From Batkoa obscura (taxonomy: Eukaryota): a stretch of 64,000 nt of DNA. Each line of letters starts with the position of its first letter. The first letter of the stretch is position 1. Positions 1 to 12,986 of this stretch are shown here, in pieces. Made by a program: the position numbers and the translations under genes. Below the pieces are notes generated by a model, which ran no database searches, was not told the origin of the DNA, and saw nothing but the letters and a program-made list of their open reading frames with translations. The stretch is from contig JASVEC010000015.1 in NCBI GenBank assembly GCA_030770535.1, positions 1 to 64,000 of the forward strand. Reading direction: 5' to 3'.

Positions 1-4
1 TCTA

Positions 5-684
5 CCCTAACCCTAACCCTAACCCTAACCCTAACCCTAACCCTAACCCTAACCCTAACCCTAACCCTAACCCTAACCCTAACCCTAACCCTAACCCTAA
101 CCCTAACCCTAACCCTAACCCTAACCCTAACCCTAACCCTAACCCTAACCCTAACCCTAACCCTAACCCTAACCCTAACCCTAACCCTAACCCTAACCCT
201 AACCCTAACCCTAACCCTAACCCTAACCCTAACCCTAACCCTAACCCTAACCCTAACCCTAACCCTAACCCTAACCCTAACCCTAACCCTAACCCTAACC
301 CTAACCCTAACCCTAACCCTAACCCTAACCCTAACCCTAACCCTAACCCTAACCCTAACCCTAACCCTAACCCTAACCCTAACCCTAACCCTAACCCTAA
401 CCCTAACCCTAACCCTAACCCTAACCCTAACCCTAACCCTAACCCTAACCCTAACCCTAACCCTAACCCTAACCCTAACCCTAACCCTAACCCTAACCCT
501 AACCCTAACCCTAACCCTAACCCTAACCCTAACCCTAACCCTAACCCTAACCCTAACCCTAACCCTAACCCTAACCCTAACCCTAACCCTAACCCTAACC
601 CTAACCCTAACCCTAACCCTAACCCTAACCCTAACCCTAACCCTAACCCTAACCCTAACCCTAACCCTAACCCTAACCCTAACC
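5..684 (+). repeat. Telomeric repeat array (CCCTAA)n / (TTAGGG)n, about 113 units
   Basis: Uninterrupted CCCTAA hexamers from the window start to ~684. Confidence 0.99.
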
Positions 685-686
685 TT

Positions 687-1554
687 TATGAAATATCGCT
701 TTGTCAGTCCCATGGTTAATTATAACATAACAATCGCCTAAGTTGTTGTGTTCTCAAGTTCAGAAGAAATCAATCCCACGTTCTTAGTTTGATTTGCTAT
801 GAGAATTCTAACTCCATCCAAAAGAATATTATCCTCTCATTTTGATATTTATATTTTTCAGAGTATAAAAGAGTTTACATAGTATAATAGTTCGAGGCTT
901 TTTAACTGAATTAATCCCTGATATCTCGAACATTTAATAAAGCCACTAAGTTTTCTTAATAGTATTTTATATAGATTTTACATTAGTATTGTCTATTCTA
1001 TTTGTCTTATATAGCTTGTAACCTATTACGTGGTATCCTTCATAACCCAAGTCTATCTTAGTCACATAAACTAAGACCTTTCAACTTACAGTGTAGTCAA
1101 CCCAGCAATAGCTGTCCTTGTGAAATCTGGTACTCAGGGTTTGGAGTCAAGAACAGCTATTGCTGGGTTGACTACACTGTAAGTTGAAAGGTCTTAGTTT
1201 ATGTGACTAAGATAGACTTGGGTTATGAGGAATACCACGTAATAGGTTACAAGCTATATAAGACAAATAGAATAGACAATACTAATGTAAAATCTATATA
1301 AAATACTATTAAGAAAACTTAGTGGCTTTATTAAATGTTCGAGATATCAGGGATTAATTCAGTTAAAAAGCCTCGAACTATTATACTATGTAAACTCTTT
1401 TATACTCTGAAAAGTATAAGTATCAAAATGAGAAGATAATATTCTTTTGGGTGGAACTAGAAATTCTCATAACAAATCAAAATAATTAACCATGGGACTG
1501 ACAAAGCGATATTTCACAGTCCTTGACTCCAAACCCTGAGTACCAGATTTCACA
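687..1554 (-). mobile_element. Solo LTR (outer copy), interrupted by a nested copy of the same family
   Basis: Ends TATGAAA (variant of TGTGAAA) at 687 and TTTCACA at 1554. 687-1118 plus 1524-1554 is the reverse complement of the family at 1119, 18889 and 25247. Confidence 0.8.
1119..1518 (+). mobile_element. Solo LTR (inner copy), inserted in opposite orientation, 5-bp TSD GTCCT
   Basis: TGTGAAA...TTTCACA ends, GTCCT at 1114-1118 and 1519-1523. Lacks ~55 bp near its 3' end relative to the other copies. Confidence 0.85.
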
Positions 1555-1667
1555 CTATTTAAGAAAAGAAAACAATTAAAATAAGTTTTAAATAAAGAGA
1601 TTTAATTTAGGCTTTTTAGATTTAACTGTCACATTAGACACAGATTTGGATTAAATTCTAGGTAAAT

Positions 1668-1925
1668 TTTGAAACCAATTCGGACAACCCCATATAATGA
1701 CTTAGAACTGTGCCCAGGTACTTTTAATAAAAAAATTGTTTTTGTAGAGTTTTAAGCAAAGTTTTTAAATACAAAATTTTTAAAAATTAGATAAGATAAT
1801 GAAACTAATTGAGACAACCCCATATATTATAATAAAATGAGCTAAAACTGTATGAGATTTTTTTTCAATAAAAGTTTATTTTTATAGATTTCAAGCAAAG
1901 TTTCTAAAATATAAAGCTTTTAAGA
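1668..1925 (+). repeat. Two diverged ~130-bp tandem units, with a related copy at ~26190-26420
   Basis: GAAACCAATTCGGACAACCCCATAT..TAGAGTTTTAAGCAAAGTTT recurs as GAAACTAATTGAGACAACCCCATAT..TAGATTTCAAGCAAAGTTT. Confidence 0.7.
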
Positions 1926-2301
1926 GTGATTATAAATTAGTTTATTTTAAAACTTGGAACTTCTAGAAACTGTAAAATTTACTTGATTTTTTTCTGGAAT
2001 TTGCAAAATATTTATTTTATCAAGACTGTTATGATTAAAAATATTTAGGATTTTTTTACTAATATTAAAATAGCATCAACAAAAAATGTTAAAATGACAT
2101 TTCTCTCCTCTAAAAGAGAGTGCCCTAAGTACTTTTTAATATTTATAAATCAACTGCGAATATTACAAATTTCTATAACTTCGATTTTTAATACATCAAT
2201 GATGACGTTTTCTATTTTTTTAAATAGTGTAACCATTTTAGTTTAATTATTTACTATTACAACCATAGACCTGACACTTTTGTAAATATATACACTACTT
2301 A

Positions 2302-3144
2302 TTAATGTATGTTAGACATGGATGAAATTAAATAGGTATTTATATTCTTTGCTACAGAACTTAAAACAAGGTACGAATGAGCGTGATAAATTACAACAGG
2401 AAAAACTTTACTTTTAAGTCGAAATAATTCTGGTGAATATTCAAATTCGCAATCCTCACCAAAACCAACTTCAACTATCTTCTTATCAACTAATTTAATA
2501 TTTGTACTAATAAAAGGATCAATTGAATGAGCTCTATTTTCGATTTTAACAGCAATAAAGTTTTCAGATATTGACAAGAATAATAATTCTAACGAGCTTT
2601 TAGTCCTCAAACTCCTAAAATCTAAATCTAAATTTAAAACATTACAAAATAAATTCCATCCAATTTTTTCTTGAATTTCTCTTATACTAATTTCTTCATT
2701 ATAGGTATAACATATCTTAGGGTATTTTAAACCACGTTTAGATTTAACTAACTTTGTTACATTAGTATGATAGAAATGATTTGTATACCTTAAAAGCCCA
2801 GGAAAATCTGTTATTAAAGTTTCGCTTTCGAAATCTTTTTCAAGATGATATTTTTTATCATTATGTATGAATGGTCGAAACATACCACTTTTACCTTCTG
2901 TAATAGAGTCATCGCAAGTAATATGATAACCTTCATAACCTTTTTGCCTTTCTTGTGCGTCCTCATAACTTATAATCTCAATAGAATTTTTAATAAAAAA
3001 TGCACCTAAACTTCGAGCTAGAGTGTTATTATCAATATCTTGAAAACTTCCTAAAAGTAAACTATTTAACTCCATAAAATCAATCAAATAATCCATAGGT
3101 CCATATAGTTTTAGTTTCCCGGGTTTATTAAAAGCGTATATCAT
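2302..3144 (-). CDS. Subtelomeric hypothetical protein, 280 aa, intronless
   Basis: 843-bp ATG-initiated ORF in AT-rich DNA where chance ORFs are short; no motif recognised. Confidence 0.65.
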   Translation of the reverse strand: MIYAFNKPGKLKLYGPMDYLIDFMELNSLLLGSFQDIDNNTLARSLGAFFIKNSIEIISYEDAQERQKGYEGYHITCDDSITEGKSGMFRPFIHNDKKYHLEKDFESETLITDFPGLLRYTNHFYHTNVTKLVKSKRGLKYPKICYTYNEEISIREIQEKIGWNLFCNVLNLDLDFRSLRTKSSLELLFLSISENFIAVKIENRAHSIDPFISTNIKLVDKKIVEVGFGEDCEFEYSPELFRLKSKVFPVVIYHAHSYLVLSSVAKNINTYLISSMSNIH

Positions 3145-3818
3145 CGTATATCGTCTATTTATATTGGAATAATTTTTAAAAAATTAAGAAAAAATTCTAA
3201 TTTTAAAATGCAATGTATAAAAGAATAGGCTTTTTTATTGGGTATCAAGTATATAATAATTAAAAAATGTATTGTAATTGAACAAGTAGAATTTTATTAT
3301 AAAGCGTTTGTATGGATAATAGTAATATTTGTCATATAACAATACTATTTCAAATCAATTATAAACTAGTAGATTCTCGATATCTGATTTATTACTCCTA
3401 CTGCCTTTTAAAAATCCTTTATAATAATTATAGATTATATATGAGGATGAATTTTTATGTTTAGGAATTTTACTACATCTTTCTACTCAAATATCGCTTA
3501 AAAAATAGAAGAATAATGAAACTAAAAAAAATAGTCTCATATATTATAATCTACTAAAATAACTAGGTATACTATTAATTAAATTATGATTTAAAAACTC
3601 AAGTCTTTAATTAAAAATATGAGATATTGAAATGTTTATAAACAGTAAATATTTATAATTAATCCATAGTTTATTTATTAAATATTTAAGAGCAAAATAC
3701 CATGCGATATGGCCATGTTTTTTTAGAAATCGTACAAATATTTGATAACACCAACACTATGTTTTTTAATTATAGACTATAAAGGCTTTATGAGTCATCA
3801 AATAATTTATCATTATAT

Positions 3819-3914
3819 GGGAGTGTTTTGACTTCATTATTTTTTTCATTTTTTAAGCGCTATTTAAGCGGAAAATTTGTTAGTAAAATTCTTAAACACA
3901 AAATACATCCCCTC
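3819..3914 (+). mobile_element. MITE copy (~100-bp family)
   Basis: Matches family consensus; ATAT on both sides. Confidence 0.85.
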
Positions 3915-4869
3915 ATATGAAACTTTGGATAAATCATAGGGTCCTTATACTTTATATAAACACTTTCAAGGTAACATGATTTGGTAAAAGAGCAAAGATA
4001 GTTATAAAACATAAATATAATTTAAAATAACTTATATTTTATTCGTTTTAAGTTTTATATTACTAATTTTTAACCAGTTATTGAAAAATTTAATATTTAA
4101 ATGTTTTAATAGTAATTTTTAATTTGAAAAATGTTGACATATACTTCAAAGCCTTTTTTATCATATCATATTATTAAATTAAAGCTTTATCGAACTCTCA
4201 AAATATAAATACCTGCTTTTATGAAGTTGTGTGTACTGGTCTAATTTAATCATACTAAAACTTTTAATTAGGTACATCAAATAGATTTAATAAATAATAT
4301 TTAATTTGATTTTTATTATAGCTAATACACATATTTAATTTCTGTTTATTTTGCTTTACTTTTTCAAATAAATAAAAAACCTTCTTATAAAGCTATTTAG
4401 TATTAATTTTATATATAAAAATATCGACTTTTTGTCTCTTTAAATATGATGACTTCTTGCTTCCTTTAAACCAAACCAAATAAAACAATTTACATAATAT
4501 ATTATTTATTTTTGAAATCGGAATATATATTTGATTGATAAGCTACAAAGTAGTAGCTTTTATTTTAATTTTTTTGTTTCTTTGTTTTTAATAAATTGAA
4601 AACTTGATGTTTCTAATAAACTATAAATTAATTTATCAGTAATATTGTATTACTATTGATTAAAATAGTAAAGCAAGAAATGAAAATTTCGCTTGACTTA
4701 GATTTGTAATAGTCCAAAGTGTAAAAATAGTGATCGCTTTACTTTCATTTCATATAAAAACATTCAGCATTTGTTATTGACTACCATCGTTAGATCTATC
4801 CTAAAATAAATTATTTTAATCTCTATTTTGAACATAAGCTAATTTATGTCAGCAGCTAATTACCATAAC

Positions 4870-5260
4870 CATGATCACCGAAATCAGCAGTTAAAATTAC
4901 ATCAAGTCAAACTGTAACCGAGAAACCACTCTAGTCTGACCCTGACTATTCGATTAATTAATCAAGCGAAGTCGGAATCGGAGTTGAAATTACAGTAAAA
5001 GCCATTGTAATATCCCCTACAAGCATATACTCTTATCTTAGAAAAAGCCGCAAGAGATTTAAAATATTGTAAGTGGACTCATTAACAAGGATGAAACTGA
5101 CGTTGAAACTAATACTGCTTCCTAGTCTTACTTCTACCGAAGCCAAAATTGAAACTTATGGCTCCCCTAACGTTACTATTACCGAAACTAAAACTGAAAT
5201 TAAAACATAAACTACTTGTCAATAGCCACCCAGAGAAATCGTCTATGAAATTAAAAATAG
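4870..5260 (+). pseudogene. Possible decayed Thr/Glu-rich coding fragment
   Basis: Higher GC than surroundings, recurring GAAACT codons (..ITETKTEIKT*), several stops. Confidence 0.25.
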
Positions 5261-5560
5261 ATACCTACCTAAATAAAATGTTGAGTGTAGCTATTAATTC
5301 AAATAGCATTTAATTACTCATATGAGATAATTTAAATGAAATTAACTTTATTTTTAAGGATATTTAAAAAAAGGCTAAAAACTGAATGTTTACATGTTAA
5401 CTACTATACTTATATATTCAAATAAAACTATGACTTTTGTTTTAAAGGTGGTGATTTTTAAATTTAAATGATATTTAATGCCTAATTAATCCTACAATTT
5501 GCAAACAACATTAAGTCGGTGCTTTCTAGATATCGAATCAAGAAAATATAGCTAACATAA

Positions 5561-5657
5561 GGGGATGTGTTTTTTGTTTAAGGATTTTACTGATGAATTT
5601 TCCGCTTAACAACGCTTAAAAAAATAGAAAAAGTGATGAAATCAAAAAAACATCCTC
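5561..5657 (-). mobile_element. MITE copy
   Basis: Reverse orientation; TSD ATAA at 5557-5560 and 5658-5661. Confidence 0.85.
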
Positions 5658-6056
5658 ATAAGTTGATTTTGATATACGTTTTTAAATTCACAATGGTTTA
5701 TAATGGTTCATTTAACTTTGACCCTTTTTCTTTAACATTTTTAAATAGAGTCATGTAAATATATACTAATTCAATTATTATATATTTGCGCAAAAAGTAT
5801 TTGGGAGTATGAAAGCTACTATATCATTAACTTTATTATTATTTTGTTACTTTAATTTATTTGGTAACTACATAATGGAATATATTTGAAAGTATTAATG
5901 TCTTTATCAAGTAAGTATAAGGTATGAAGTATATAACAATAACACCCAAATGTTGCTATTTTATCTTTTCATACATGTTTTTTTGTCTTTATAACAATTT
6001 TTATTTTTATTATTAACACCTTACATGCTTTTAAAGGATCTTATAAAAGAGTATAT

Positions 6057-6151
6057 GGGGATGTTTTTTTGACTTCATTATTTTTCTATCTTTAAGCACT
6101 ATTTGGGTGAAAAATTGTTAGTAAAATTCTTAAATACAAAAATACATCCCC
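6057..6151 (+). mobile_element. MITE copy
   Basis: GGGGATGT...ACATCCCC TIR; TSD ATAT. Confidence 0.9.
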
Positions 6152-6366
6152 ATATCTTGAATTATTTAAAATAAACTTGAGTCTTAATATTGAATTTATC
6201 ATTTGTATTTTTTATGCCATTACATCATTATCTATTTTAAAATAATATGTATTAACGAAGCATATGGTATAAGTATGTACCAATTATAAAGTTATCATAC
6301 ATATGTAAGGATGTACTTTTTATCTATAATCTAACTTTCAGTTAATCTTTTTTTTGGGATAGGTAT

Positions 6367-6465
6367 GGGGGTGTTTTTTTTGGCTTCATTATTTTTTCTA
6401 CCTTTTAAGCGTTATTTGAGTGGAAAATTTGTTAGTAAAGTTCTTAAACACAGAAATACATCCCC
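6367..6465 (+). mobile_element. MITE copy
   Basis: TIRs present; TSD GTAT at 6363-6366 and 6466-6469. Confidence 0.9.
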
Positions 6466-6873
6466 GTATAAATATCAAAATAAAAGATACTTTGCTATCT
6501 AATTTATTATTACTAATTATTTAAAAAAACTAGTTTTGATATAACTCGAAGTAACAATATCATAAAATAATAATTTTCATAGCGTATGGCACTATTTAAT
6601 CAATTTAATTTGATACATTGATATATATATAGCTATTTACTTCCTATCATATGTTACTTTTATTATGTATCAACGAACTTATTTTAATTTGCACAAAATT
6701 AAACTTAGTATTTTATGCAATTTAATAGCAGCAGTTAAAATAGCTTATAGTCTAGTCTAGTCAAATTGACAAATAATAACGATGGAAACGTTCTCTTTCA
6801 AATCTAGGTTATTGGTGCATCCAACCTCCTTTAGCTTAAATCCTCTTCTACCCATATCGAAAAGTTAGATAAA

Positions 6874-7654
6874 ATGGTAAGCCATTATTACTCTTAGTTT
6901 ATAAAGATGTATGAGATGATCAGAAGCTATTACAGAAATACAACTACAAAATGAACCAGATAACAAAGTAGATACATCCATTAAAAAATCAAGGACTAAA
7001 GTATATAAAGATTGAAAATAGTGAAGCAGAATTTACAAATCATGAAAACGAACATAAAATTTATTAAAATGTTAAAAGGCAACTGAAGTTTCCAAAAAGG
7101 CCGCTAACCCTATGCGTGAGGTTAAGATCGAAAAATTAGTTCTTAACATCTCAGTCGGTGAATCTGGTGATAGATTAACCCGTGCTGCTAAAGTTTTAGA
7201 ACAACTTACCGGTCAAACCCCAGTTTATTCTAAAGCCCGTCTTACTGTACGTTCTTTCTCTATTCGTCGTAACGAAAAGATTGCTGTACACGTCACTGTA
7301 CGTGGTGCTAAAGCCGAAGAAATCCTTGAACGTGGTCTTAAAGTAAAAGAATATGAACTTAATTCCCGTAACTTTTCAGATAATGGAAACTTTGGTTTCG
7401 GTATCGATGAACATATCGATTTAGGTATCAAATATGATCCTTCTATTGGTATTTACGGTATGGATTATTATGTTGTCCTTGGACGTCCAGGATATCGTGT
7501 TTCCCGTCGTAAGCGTTGCAAGTCCCGTGTTGGTTTCCAACATCGTCTTACAAAATCCGATGCTGTAAACTGGTTCAAGAACAAGGTAATTTATCAACAT
7601 TTTTTAAAATAATGTTTAACTTTTTTTTAGTATGACGGTATTGTTAACAAATAA
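6874..7654 (+). CDS. RPL11: 60S ribosomal protein uL5 (L11); exons 6874-6876, 7079-7585, 7631-7654
   Basis: [50 protein letters not shown]-only first exon; GT-AG introns. Confidence 0.97.
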
Positions 7655-7688
7655 ATTAAAATAAGCAAATAAATTCATAATATTTTAT

Positions 7689-8297
7689 TTAAATTGAACG
7701 AAAGTATTTAATTCGAACTTTTTGTCGTTCAGCAAATTTGATCCATTTTTGAATATCATCGTTAGATGACAGTTTTTCAACAGTATTAAATTCTAGAGCC
7801 AGTCTTTTATTAGAAAATGTTCTATGGACAGCAGAGTGACACATTCTACATATATTTGCACCGTGAGTTCTCATATATTCTTTATCAAAGAGACCTTTTT
7901 TCAACATCTGAGAATGAGTTTCTTTAGGTATTAAATGATGGAAAGTTAATGGACATATTCTTTTACAAAGCTCACAAGTATGTTTAGCAAAAACATCAAC
8001 TTCTTCGGGAACTTCATCACCATAAGATTGATTATCAAATAATCTAGTACTTAATACTCTTGAGAATTTTTCAACAATTTGTTCATCAGAGTCATATTTT
8101 CCGTTAAGACCAAAATCTTCAAAGCAATCATTGATCTTTGATTTGAGTTTCATCATGTCATAACTTTCAGTGCTCAATTCATTGATTTCATCTAACAAGT
8201 ATTCTAAAATTGATTCTTGTTCCAAGTTTTCATTATCAATATCCCATAAATCTAAATCAACAAGGGTTAATTTTATTATACTTTTTACGTCTTTCAT
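7689..8297 (-). CDS. HNH-motif zinc-binding protein (YisB-like)
   Basis: CELC..LTFHHLIP..ICRMCHSAVH..FSNKRLA..NTVEKL pattern. Confidence 0.8.
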   Translation of the reverse strand: MKDVKSIIKLTLVDLDLWDIDNENLEQESILEYLLDEINELSTESYDMMKLKSKINDCFEDFGLNGKYDSDEQIVEKFSRVLSTRLFDNQSYGDEVPEEVDVFAKHTCELCKRICPLTFHHLIPKETHSQMLKKGLFDKEYMRTHGANICRMCHSAVHRTFSNKRLALEFNTVEKLSSNDDIQKWIKFAERQKVRIKYFRSI

Positions 8298-9127
8298 TCT
8301 TGAAATTTATTATTCTAAATAAGAGTCTTAAATATCAATTTGTTTACGCAGTGAAAAATACCATTGGCTGCGTAAATATAAAACAAAAATCATTTAATTA
8401 ACTGTAACGGAAAAAAAGCTAAAACTAAAATTTAACATTCTAACTAGTACTTGATCAAATCCTGTACTATTTTTCTAGGACGTTCTATGTAAAACTAAAT
8501 AAAAAAAAATAAAACGCAATACAGATTTTGATAGTAATAATCATATTTAAAATTGTTAAGCTAATACTTTTCAAATCAGTTTAAATTTTAAATGTTATGA
8601 AAATTCGATTGTTTTAATAGTAATGTCGACAACACCTTTGTAATTTTCAAATACTCACTAAATATTTTTTCTAACAAATTTATTTTTATCATTGATTAAA
8701 ATGCTAAAAATGAGATCATCAAAAATTATGGTATTTTTAAATGGATTGTAAATACAAAAAATAGGAACGCCTTTTTTGTTCTTGTACCTAGAATTTTTTG
8801 GTTCTTTGTTATACAAAATTAAACAAATGAAGTTAAAGACGTTCCCATGAAATAGTGATGAGAGCAAAGGCTTTGACTTTTATGATAAATATATATTTTA
8901 TTCAAAAATAATTTTAATATACAAGTGTCTTTTTGTTTTGTTATTCTGTCTATTTTTTATGCAGTCCAGGAATAAAAATAGTAAATACTAAAGTAACAAA
9001 AGGCTTTTTCATGAAAGTACGCTAATATTATCTTTAAGCTTATATAAGAAACATTAATATTAAAACTTGTTTAAAATAGAGGTTGTATACAGTACTATCG
9101 TTGTACCGAATAATATTTATTAAAGTA

Positions 9128-10697
9128 CTATTCTTTAATTGAGCCATTTTGTAAATCATTTGTGTTATAGTTTACTTCATTACGTCTAAGTATATCCACA
9201 ACAGGTCCTAAAAGTCTTACAAAAGCATCTTTTGATAATGCTACAAGTTTAACATCTGTACGAGCAATTATTGTTGCCATACGTGGCGAATCGTTTAATA
9301 GAGCCAGTTCTGATAACAATTAAGATTATTTTAATTTATGCTAATATCATGATACCTACCTCCAAAATAATCTCCTACCTTTAAATTCGGTAACTCGATT
9401 TGTTCTCCAGATTCATTAGTTTTAACTACTCTTATCTCACCAGATTCAATCATATAAAAATAATCTCCCATACTTCCTTGCTCAATAATGATATCATCTT
9501 TACAAAAATTTACTGGCTCAAGAGCATCTGATATTTTTGCAATTTCATTAAGCTGTAGAGAACTAAGTAATGGAACTGTACGTAAAAACGATTCATATAA
9601 TCTCCTTTTTCTAAATGTATTTGTTGTTACAATTTTTCTAAATGTAGATCTATCAACTGCCCATAAAACACCATCTGATATGGCTTTAACAGTAGCTGCA
9701 CGTGGGGTCTAAACTATTATTTACTCCAACGATATAAATGATATTAGCTTACATTATACATTAAGGCAAGTTCACCAAAGCTTCCACCTTGAGATACTTC
9801 AACTACCTTTTTGTCATTTACAAAAATCTCAAAACTGCCTTGGTCTACAACATAAAAATTATCTCCTTCATCACCTTGCTTTATCACTTCTTCGCCAGAG
9901 ATAACCAGCTTTTCAAACATAGCATCTACCTTTAAATTTATTAATAAGACAGTAAATAAAACTTTTAGTTATTACTATTTCTTGCTTTTGTTCATCTTCT
10001 AAATTTCTAAATAATAAATTTTTGTTTGTTGCTGAAGCTATTCTCATTTTAGATTCAAGTGATTTTGGTATAATGGCTGTTGAATGATTTAACTCAGATG
10101 GCTGTATAGATTCTGCAGAAACAGAGCCTCTACGCGTCCTATTAAACGATGGTGGTATTATGTTTAATGAGGTTCTTGATATAAGTGGAGCCATATTTTC
10201 TGTATTGCTATCTTGAAATTGATTTATTGATAGGATATTAGTTCCGTTTGAAAAATTAAAGTTTTCGCTAAAAATATAAATATAGGGGATATTGTTATAC
10301 TAATTAAGTTACCTATCTTTATCAGGTCTAATTTTTTTACGTAAGGGTTGTGTTAATGAGTATTTATCTTGAAGTTCTGTCGTTTGGTCTTGTAATTCTT
10401 CAGCTACTTCCTTTAGAAAAACCTATCAATATTAACTATCTATAAACAATTTAGTATATAAATTCATACATTAATATTTTGATTTTTTAATTCTTCTTCG
10501 TATGCTTTAGCTTGTAAAGACTGTAAACACTCTGCAATATATTGAAGTGGAGCCTCTGGTCTATTTTCTAAGACTATTGAAAGGGTTTCCTTTTGAATAC
10601 TTAATATTGATATTAATACTATAATTTAATAGATTACTTCTAATATTTTCCTTAACATATGCTTTGATTCATATATTTCTTTTTCACTGTCCCCCAT
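9128..10697 (-). CDS. BCY1: cAMP-dependent protein kinase regulatory subunit (Bcy1/PkaR), multi-exon
   Basis: N-terminal D/D-like [13 protein letters not shown], inhibitor site RRGSVSAES, two cNMP domains ([28 protein letters not shown]). Confidence 0.93.
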
Positions 10698-11485
10698 CCT
10701 AAATAAATGTTTGAGCTTTAAACGATTAACCAGATTAGTTCAAATATCCGTATATAAAATGACGTTTTATAAATAGCCAATAGTATTTATTAAACTGCTA
10801 ATACACTAACTAATTTTAACTATAAAATCTATTTTTAGGTTCATATTTAAAGATAAACAATAAATGTTACTTATATTTAACAATAGAAGTTAATGGAGTT
10901 TTAAATAAAGTTACTTGTACTATTTGAATTGATCTTATGATGTCTGTTTTATTTTATTCCATACATTTTCAAAGTGATAAGCTATCAATATACTAATAAA
11001 TTGAATTTTTATTTTTATTGTTATCAACTCCTTAAAATATTTGAAAGCTTTATGAAAAAAGATTTTATTTTGAGAGCTTTAGTTTATATAATACAACAAA
11101 TAAAAGAGTAAACAAAAAAATAGCTATATTTATAAACTATTTTATTATATATTAAAGGTTTTTATTTTAACTAAAGATCATCTAAATTAATATGTTTGGT
11201 TTAAGACTTTCTAGTTTAACTAAGCTACATATTTCACACAGATATATTTAAAAAATATTTATTTTTTAAATAATGCCAAGTCTATCTAACTTATACCTCT
11301 CAATCATTTCTTCAAACTATTGCATTAGAAACTTAATTTTTTTCAATAGAATTTATAAATTCAAACAATATTCGATATTAACAATATGGTTACAATGTTT
11401 GAAAATATAATTTTTTTTGGTTAATCTTGTTTATTTTCCAATGAACCCTTAATATCACCACCCTGATTAAAACTCTTAATTGAAT

Positions 11486-12894
11486 TTAGATATTCCATAA
11501 GCAAAAATTCGCAAGAATTGTTTTCTTTTTGAATATTGAATGTCATAATACTTGAATCATAATTCACAATATAATAATTATTCTGATTATTACCACTAAT
11601 ATTTTGCTTTAACCAGTTAAAAAAACCATTTGCAAAACATAAACATACGTTTGGGTCCTAAATAAATATAAATTCTAATGTAAAAACACAAGTTAGTTTT
11701 TATTACCCATTCACTTCTTTTCCCTTTTACCATATTTGGTATTTCTAATGTATTCAAGGTTTTGATCTGTTTCAACATTCCATTGTCATCCCTAAAGCCG
11801 ATCACTATCTTAGGTATACCCGCAAGATAAGATTGGGCCCAGAATTTTAGTAACTTATACCTTTTAAAATAACATTATAATTAAAATTATTAAATACAAA
11901 TGGGCTTACCTTTCAAAAGAAAATTGTTGTTTTTCATTTTCAATGATTCTAGATGTTTTCAATTCAACATAACTATTACGGTTCGTATCTTATTGAAAAT
12001 ACTTAAATACTTCAATTTAACATGATCATAAATTTACCATCTATACAGTCAACTTCAGCTCCCATCAAAAGAGAATGTTCACCCAATTTAGTTTCAAATA
12101 CTGAAGCAGACTCAATATGATTATCCACAATTTCATTTGATCTCTCTTTAAGCATTTTCTCAAGTTCCTCCTTATCATTGGTGAGCTTTGGTATTGTAGA
12201 CAAAGTTTCAAATTTGTAGCCATAAAAGCAAAACATCTTATTTCTCTCTGAAATATCTTGCTCTTTAACTTTTATATCGTTTATATAAATTATATTCTAT
12301 TTTTGTAACATTTTGTCAATAAAATTCTGATTAAATTACTATCTTTCTTACATTAAGTTTAATTATTTCCAATTTCATACTTTCTCTGTTTTGGTATGGT
12401 GCTATCAAAATCCGTGTCATAACTCCTCTATAAAGGATCTATTAATAATATTGTAGTAAAGCTTTAGGCTTAGAGTATATAGTTACAAAATCTATTTTAT
12501 TTGAAATCTCGGGATGATTCGAATTAATCAAAAATCTAAGTAATCCATTCAAATTCTCCGGTTTTGAAGTATCGCGATCTATATACTTCTCAAAGCCATT
12601 AGCTAAATTCCCATAATTCAAGTCTGTAGGATAGTAGTATCGCTTTAATGTCATATTTACTATGATGTTTAAATCAAGTAAAGAAATTACCATTTCTGAA
12701 TTACCATATTTAAATTCTCGTTTATTGTTATAGCAAAAATGCCCAATTTCTCTAGGCTTTGAATATGGAATAGTATACCCACGATAATATTTCGAGTTAA
12801 ATAGTTTCAAATTATTATTAATATACTCTGGCCTTATGTTTGTATTTCTTTTATTTGCATTTTCTAATGTAATTTTGGTATTATGTCTTTTCAT
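11486..12894 (-). CDS. RAI1: Rai1/DXO family decapping exoribonuclease, multi-exon
   Basis: FYGYKFE, GAEVDC, ELKTS and KFWAQSYLAGIPKIVIGFRD motifs; 3' end approximate. Confidence 0.9.
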
Positions 12895-12986
12895 TACTAA
12901 AAATAAAACACAATTCTTGTTTCATATTGCTTATTTTAAGCAATGTTAAAAATTACGTAATATTCGAAGTTGAATTTATTTTTTAA

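Noticed and set aside
6877..7078. RPL11 first intron (~200 nt, about four times the local norm) as a snoRNA host
   Set aside because: No convincing C/D or H/ACA boxes; long first introns are common in ribosomal protein genes
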